The notes under the pieces are model-generated. The model was not told the DNA's origin and ran no database searches. It saw only the letters and a list, made by a program, of their open reading frames with translations. A DNA stretch of 64,000 nucleotides from Qipengyuania sp. (lineage in GTDB: Bacteria > Pseudomonadota > Alphaproteobacteria > Sphingomonadales > Sphingomonadaceae). The DNA is taken from the NCBI GenBank assembly GCA_019745075.1, contig JAIETR010000008.1, positions 2,063 through 66,062 of the forward strand. The letters run 5' to 3'. The position numbers were made by a program, and so were the translations under genes. Shown one piece after another: positions 61,342-64,000 of this stretch (positions are counted from its first letter, which is position 1; every line of letters begins with the position of its first letter).

Positions 61342-62691
61342 TCAGCGGAAGGCGCTGATTCGGCCGCTGTCGTCGAGGATGTAGAGCGTCTGGTTGGCGA
61401 CGATCGGCGCCAGGCTGATCGGCTGCTTGAACTCGGTGAACATGGTCGCCTCGCCCTCCGCCGGGCTAACTCGCCACAGCTCACCTTCCGAGTTGACCAC
61501 CCACAGCGAATCGCCCGCCAGCACCGGGCCCTGCCAGAAGATCGGATCGCTCTTCTTCTTCTCGTTGCGATAGCGCGCGAGCTGCGAAATCCAGCGCACC
61601 TTGCCGCTGGCGCGGGCAATGGCGAGAAGGCGCGCGTCGTCGGTCAGGGTAAAAATCCAGTCGCCCGCCAGCGCCGGCGTGGAAATGCCCGCGAGGTTGA
61701 GCTCCCAGATGCGCTGGCCCGTGACGAGCTCGTAGGCCGCCATGCGGCCGCCCTGGCCGAGCGCGTAGACGCGGCCCGAATCGATGATCGGATCGGCGTC
61801 GATGTCGTTCAGCGAGCCGACCTGGGTCGAGATGTTGGTGCGCGCCAGCGCATCGGCCCACAGGCTGCGGCCGTTTTCGTAGCGGTAGGCGACGAGCTCG
61901 CCCGAGCTGAAACCCGCGATCACGGTGCCCTGGCCCGCCGCCGGCGCGGCCACGCCGAAAACGCCCGAATCGGTGGTCGAAGCCGATTCCTGCCACTGGA
62001 GCTTGCCGGTGGCGGCCTCGAGCGCGATGATCTGGTTGTTCTGCGTCATCACATAGGCGGAGCCGAAATCGACCGTCGGGGCGCCGCGCAGCGGCCCGGC
62101 GGGCTTGACCTTCCACACATGCGCGCCGGTCGCCGCGTCGAGCGCCATGACCTCGCCCGCTCCATTGGTGGCATAGACCCTGCCCCCGGCGAAGCTCACG
62201 CCGCCCCCGAACACCACGCCCCTGAGCTCGCTGGCGAATTCGGGGGCATGGACCCACACCGGCGCGCCGGTGGCGGCGTCGAAGGCGCTGATCGCGCCGT
62301 CGCTCCCGACCGCATAGAGCCGCCCGTCGCCCACGACCGGCGACGAGGCGAGCCGCACGCGCTGGGTCGAGCCCGCGATCTGCGCGGTCCAGACTTGCTG
62401 CGGGCTGGCGCCAAGGGCATAATGCCCGGCGGCCTTGCTCGCGGATCCGCCGGTCTGCGCCCACTCGGGATTGACCTGGGCGGCGGGCAGCGCGACCGCG
62501 ACGCCGGCAAGCGCCGGATCGACCTTGGCACCGCTTTCGATGCGCGACAGGATCGGGACCCGGTTGCCGAGCGTGGGCGTGCTCTTCTTGCCGCCGCCGC
62601 CGAAGAGCCCGCCGGCGCAGGCGCTCAGGCTGAACGCCAACACGACGCTCGCGGCGATACGAAACGACGAAGGGGTGCGGGTGGCCGGCAT
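61342..62691 (-). CDS. bamB: Outer-membrane assembly lipoprotein BamB (PQQ-like beta-propeller)
   Basis: Lipobox LSACAGG; repeated G.vYa...dG.l.Ald..tG...W propeller blades; follows a yfgM-like gene as in E. coli. Confidence 0.8.
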   Translation of the reverse strand: MPATRTPSSFRIAASVVLAFSLSACAGGLFGGGGKKSTPTLGNRVPILSRIESGAKVDPALAGVAVALPAAQVNPEWAQTGGSASKAAGHYALGASPQQVWTAQIAGSTQRVRLASSPVVGDGRLYAVGSDGAISAFDAATGAPVWVHAPEFASELRGVVFGGGVSFAGGRVYATNGAGEVMALDAATGAHVWKVKPAGPLRGAPTVDFGSAYVMTQNNQIIALEAATGKLQWQESASTTDSGVFGVAAPAAGQGTVIAGFSSGELVAYRYENGRSLWADALARTNISTQVGSLNDIDADPIIDSGRVYALGQGGRMAAYELVTGQRIWELNLAGISTPALAGDWIFTLTDDARLLAIARASGKVRWISQLARYRNEKKKSDPIFWQGPVLAGDSLWVVNSEGELWRVSPAEGEATMFTEFKQPISLAPIVANQTLYILDDSGRISAFR

Positions 62692-62714
62692 CGGCGAAAA
62701 TCCTCGGTTGTAGG

Positions 62715-63530
62715 TCAGGCCGCCGGTTGCGGCGCAGTGGCTGCGCCGCGGGCGGCCGCATCGCTCGCCTGCTGGCGCTGGCGTTGCTGTTTCAGGAACT
62801 CATCGACGTCGGGAATGGCGTCGACGCCGAGCACGCCCGCCATCTGGCGCGCCCGCGAACGGATCGGATCGGGCACGGTTTCGCTGCGCGCGATCTCGGC
62901 GAACAGGCGGCCGGCTTCGGTGCGCTTGCCCTGCTCGACATAGGCCATCGCCAGCAGCTCGCCCGCGCTGCCGAACCAGGGATTGCCTGGCTGGACGAGC
63001 GGGCCGAGTTGCGCGGCGACCTGGGACTTGTCCATCGTGTCGAACTGCATCGCCACCAGCCGCAGCCGGGCAAGGTCGCGCATCGGCGCGGGCGCCGAGG
63101 CGTCGATGGACAGAGCCGACAGCAGCCTGATGGCCTCGTCGCGCCTGTTCCGCGTCATCGCCGCGCCGGCGGCGAGCAGCCGCGCGCTCGCATTCGGCCC
63201 CGGTGCGCCATCCGCCAGCAGCGGCTGCGCGCCGCTCGCGGCGGCCGGAAGATTGCCGGCCTGCGCCTGGTCGAGCGCGGCGATCAGCGTTTCCGACTGC
63301 GTCTCGCGCGCCGCGTCGCGGCGGCTTTCCCAGAACAGATAGCCGCCGAAGCCCACCACGACCACGCCAGCGGCGACGATCAGAAAGCGGCCATAGCGCT
63401 TGCCGAAGTCGAGCATGTCGTCCTGGCGCACGGCATCGTCCACCTCGCGCAGCAGCGCATCCTCCTGCGCGGCGCGCCGGCGGGCGAGCGTTTCTTCGCG
63501 GGAGGCAGGTGAGTCGGTCGGCAGGGCCAC
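62715..63530 (-). CDS. YfgM-like membrane-anchored TPR-like protein
   Basis: N-terminal cytoplasmic tail, single TM (FLIVAAGVVVVGFGGYLFW), helical repeat periplasmic domain; conserved position upstream of bamB. Confidence 0.6.
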   Translation of the reverse strand: MALPTDSPASREETLARRRAAQEDALLREVDDAVRQDDMLDFGKRYGRFLIVAAGVVVVGFGGYLFWESRRDAARETQSETLIAALDQAQAGNLPAAASGAQPLLADGAPGPNASARLLAAGAAMTRNRRDEAIRLLSALSIDASAPAPMRDLARLRLVAMQFDTMDKSQVAAQLGPLVQPGNPWFGSAGELLAMAYVEQGKRTEAGRLFAEIARSETVPDPIRSRARQMAGVLGVDAIPDVDEFLKQQRQRQQASDAAARGAATAPQPAA

Positions 63531-63667
63531 GGGGGTCGGTCTATCCGTCTGTTGGTTGGGCTTTCGCGCGGGTCTTTAAGTGCGCGGGCCGGACAGTTCA
63601 ATGGGGCGCTCGCCGCCGTCCCCGAAGTGGCGCGACGGGGGTGAACGGCGGCTGAAAGCGCGTGCGG

Positions 63668-64000
63668 TCAAATCGTCTCCCGTTTCATCGCGCTGGCATA
63701 GAGGCGGCGATAGGCCGAGATCATCTCCGCCTCGCCGCGCTCGGCCGCGGCCTTGTCGCGGTTGGCCTCGCCGATCGTCCGGCGGAGATATTCGTCGCCC
63801 GCGAGGCGCTCGAGATCGTCGTTGCCGGGTGCCGCATTGTCGGCCGAGAGGACCGCGGCCGCCTCGGAGGGATCGAGACCCGTCACCGGCTTGCCCGCCG
63901 CCATCGCCTCCAGGACACCGAGCGGAACCGGCTCGGCGCCTCCAGGGGCGGCCACGATGTCGAACAACGCCAGCGCGACCGCACGATCGGGCGCGGCGCC
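63668..64000 (-). CDS. C-terminal part of a probable GT1-family glycosyltransferase (open to the window edge)
   Basis: ...EPVPLGVLEAMAAGKPV... resembles the E-x7-E region of GT-B glycosyltransferases; the reading frame stays open upstream of 63967. Confidence 0.4.
   Translation of the reverse strand, partial: GAAPDRAVALALFDIVAAPGGAEPVPLGVLEAMAAGKPVTGLDPSEAAAVLSADNAAPGNDDLERLAGDEYLRRTIGEANRDKAAAERGEAEMISAYRRLYASAMKRETI

Overview
High-GC alphaproteobacterial chromosome segment; gene content and repeats look Sphingomonadaceae-like. It is mostly housekeeping genes: mreB(partial)-mreC-mreD-mrdA-rodA, tRNA-Lys(CUU), a copper-chaperone/ABC importer cluster, ribBX-ribH, eno, a small membrane-stress cluster, greA, carB/carA, dnaG-rpoD, rpiB-glyA, nrdR, rpsD, tgt/queA, ppiase, coaD-ispA-xseB, dnaN, fabG/fabD, ldcA plus a Mur ligase, a 7TMR-DISM diguanylate cyclase, ubiA, rsmE, gshA, and yfgM-like-bamB. 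Several small lower-GC accessory insertions interrupt this backbone. (1) An m5C restriction-modification system with Vsr lies between the riboflavin locus and eno. (2) Directly downstream of rpoD, a MazF-type TA cassette and a second (N6A) R-M system are each bounded by diverged copies of the rpoD 3' end, plus a chimeric rpiB'/rpoD' junction. (3) A DUF695/RraB-like gene is wedged between carA and carB. (4) A GxxExxY gene sits between fabG and fabD, flush between 26-bp inverted repeats. (5) Degraded IS1595 and DUF3800 remnants lie between the cyclase and ubiA. The most unusual signal is a dispersed family of at least 9 palindromic repeats with CCGTTCG...GAGACAC / GTGTCTC...CGAACGG arms. Two small GIY-YIG nuclease genes are precisely bracketed by these arms, and both sit directly upstream of housekeeping genes. 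One ORF ends overlapping the dnaG start; the other is fused in frame to a TrmJ-like methyltransferase. Gene-less arm pairs occur elsewhere, and palindromic elements are embedded in frame in glyA and carA. No rRNA genes, CRISPR arrays, integrases or prophage genes were seen. Coordinates read directly from the sequence may be off by 1-2 nt; CDS boundaries were derived from ORF-track frames.
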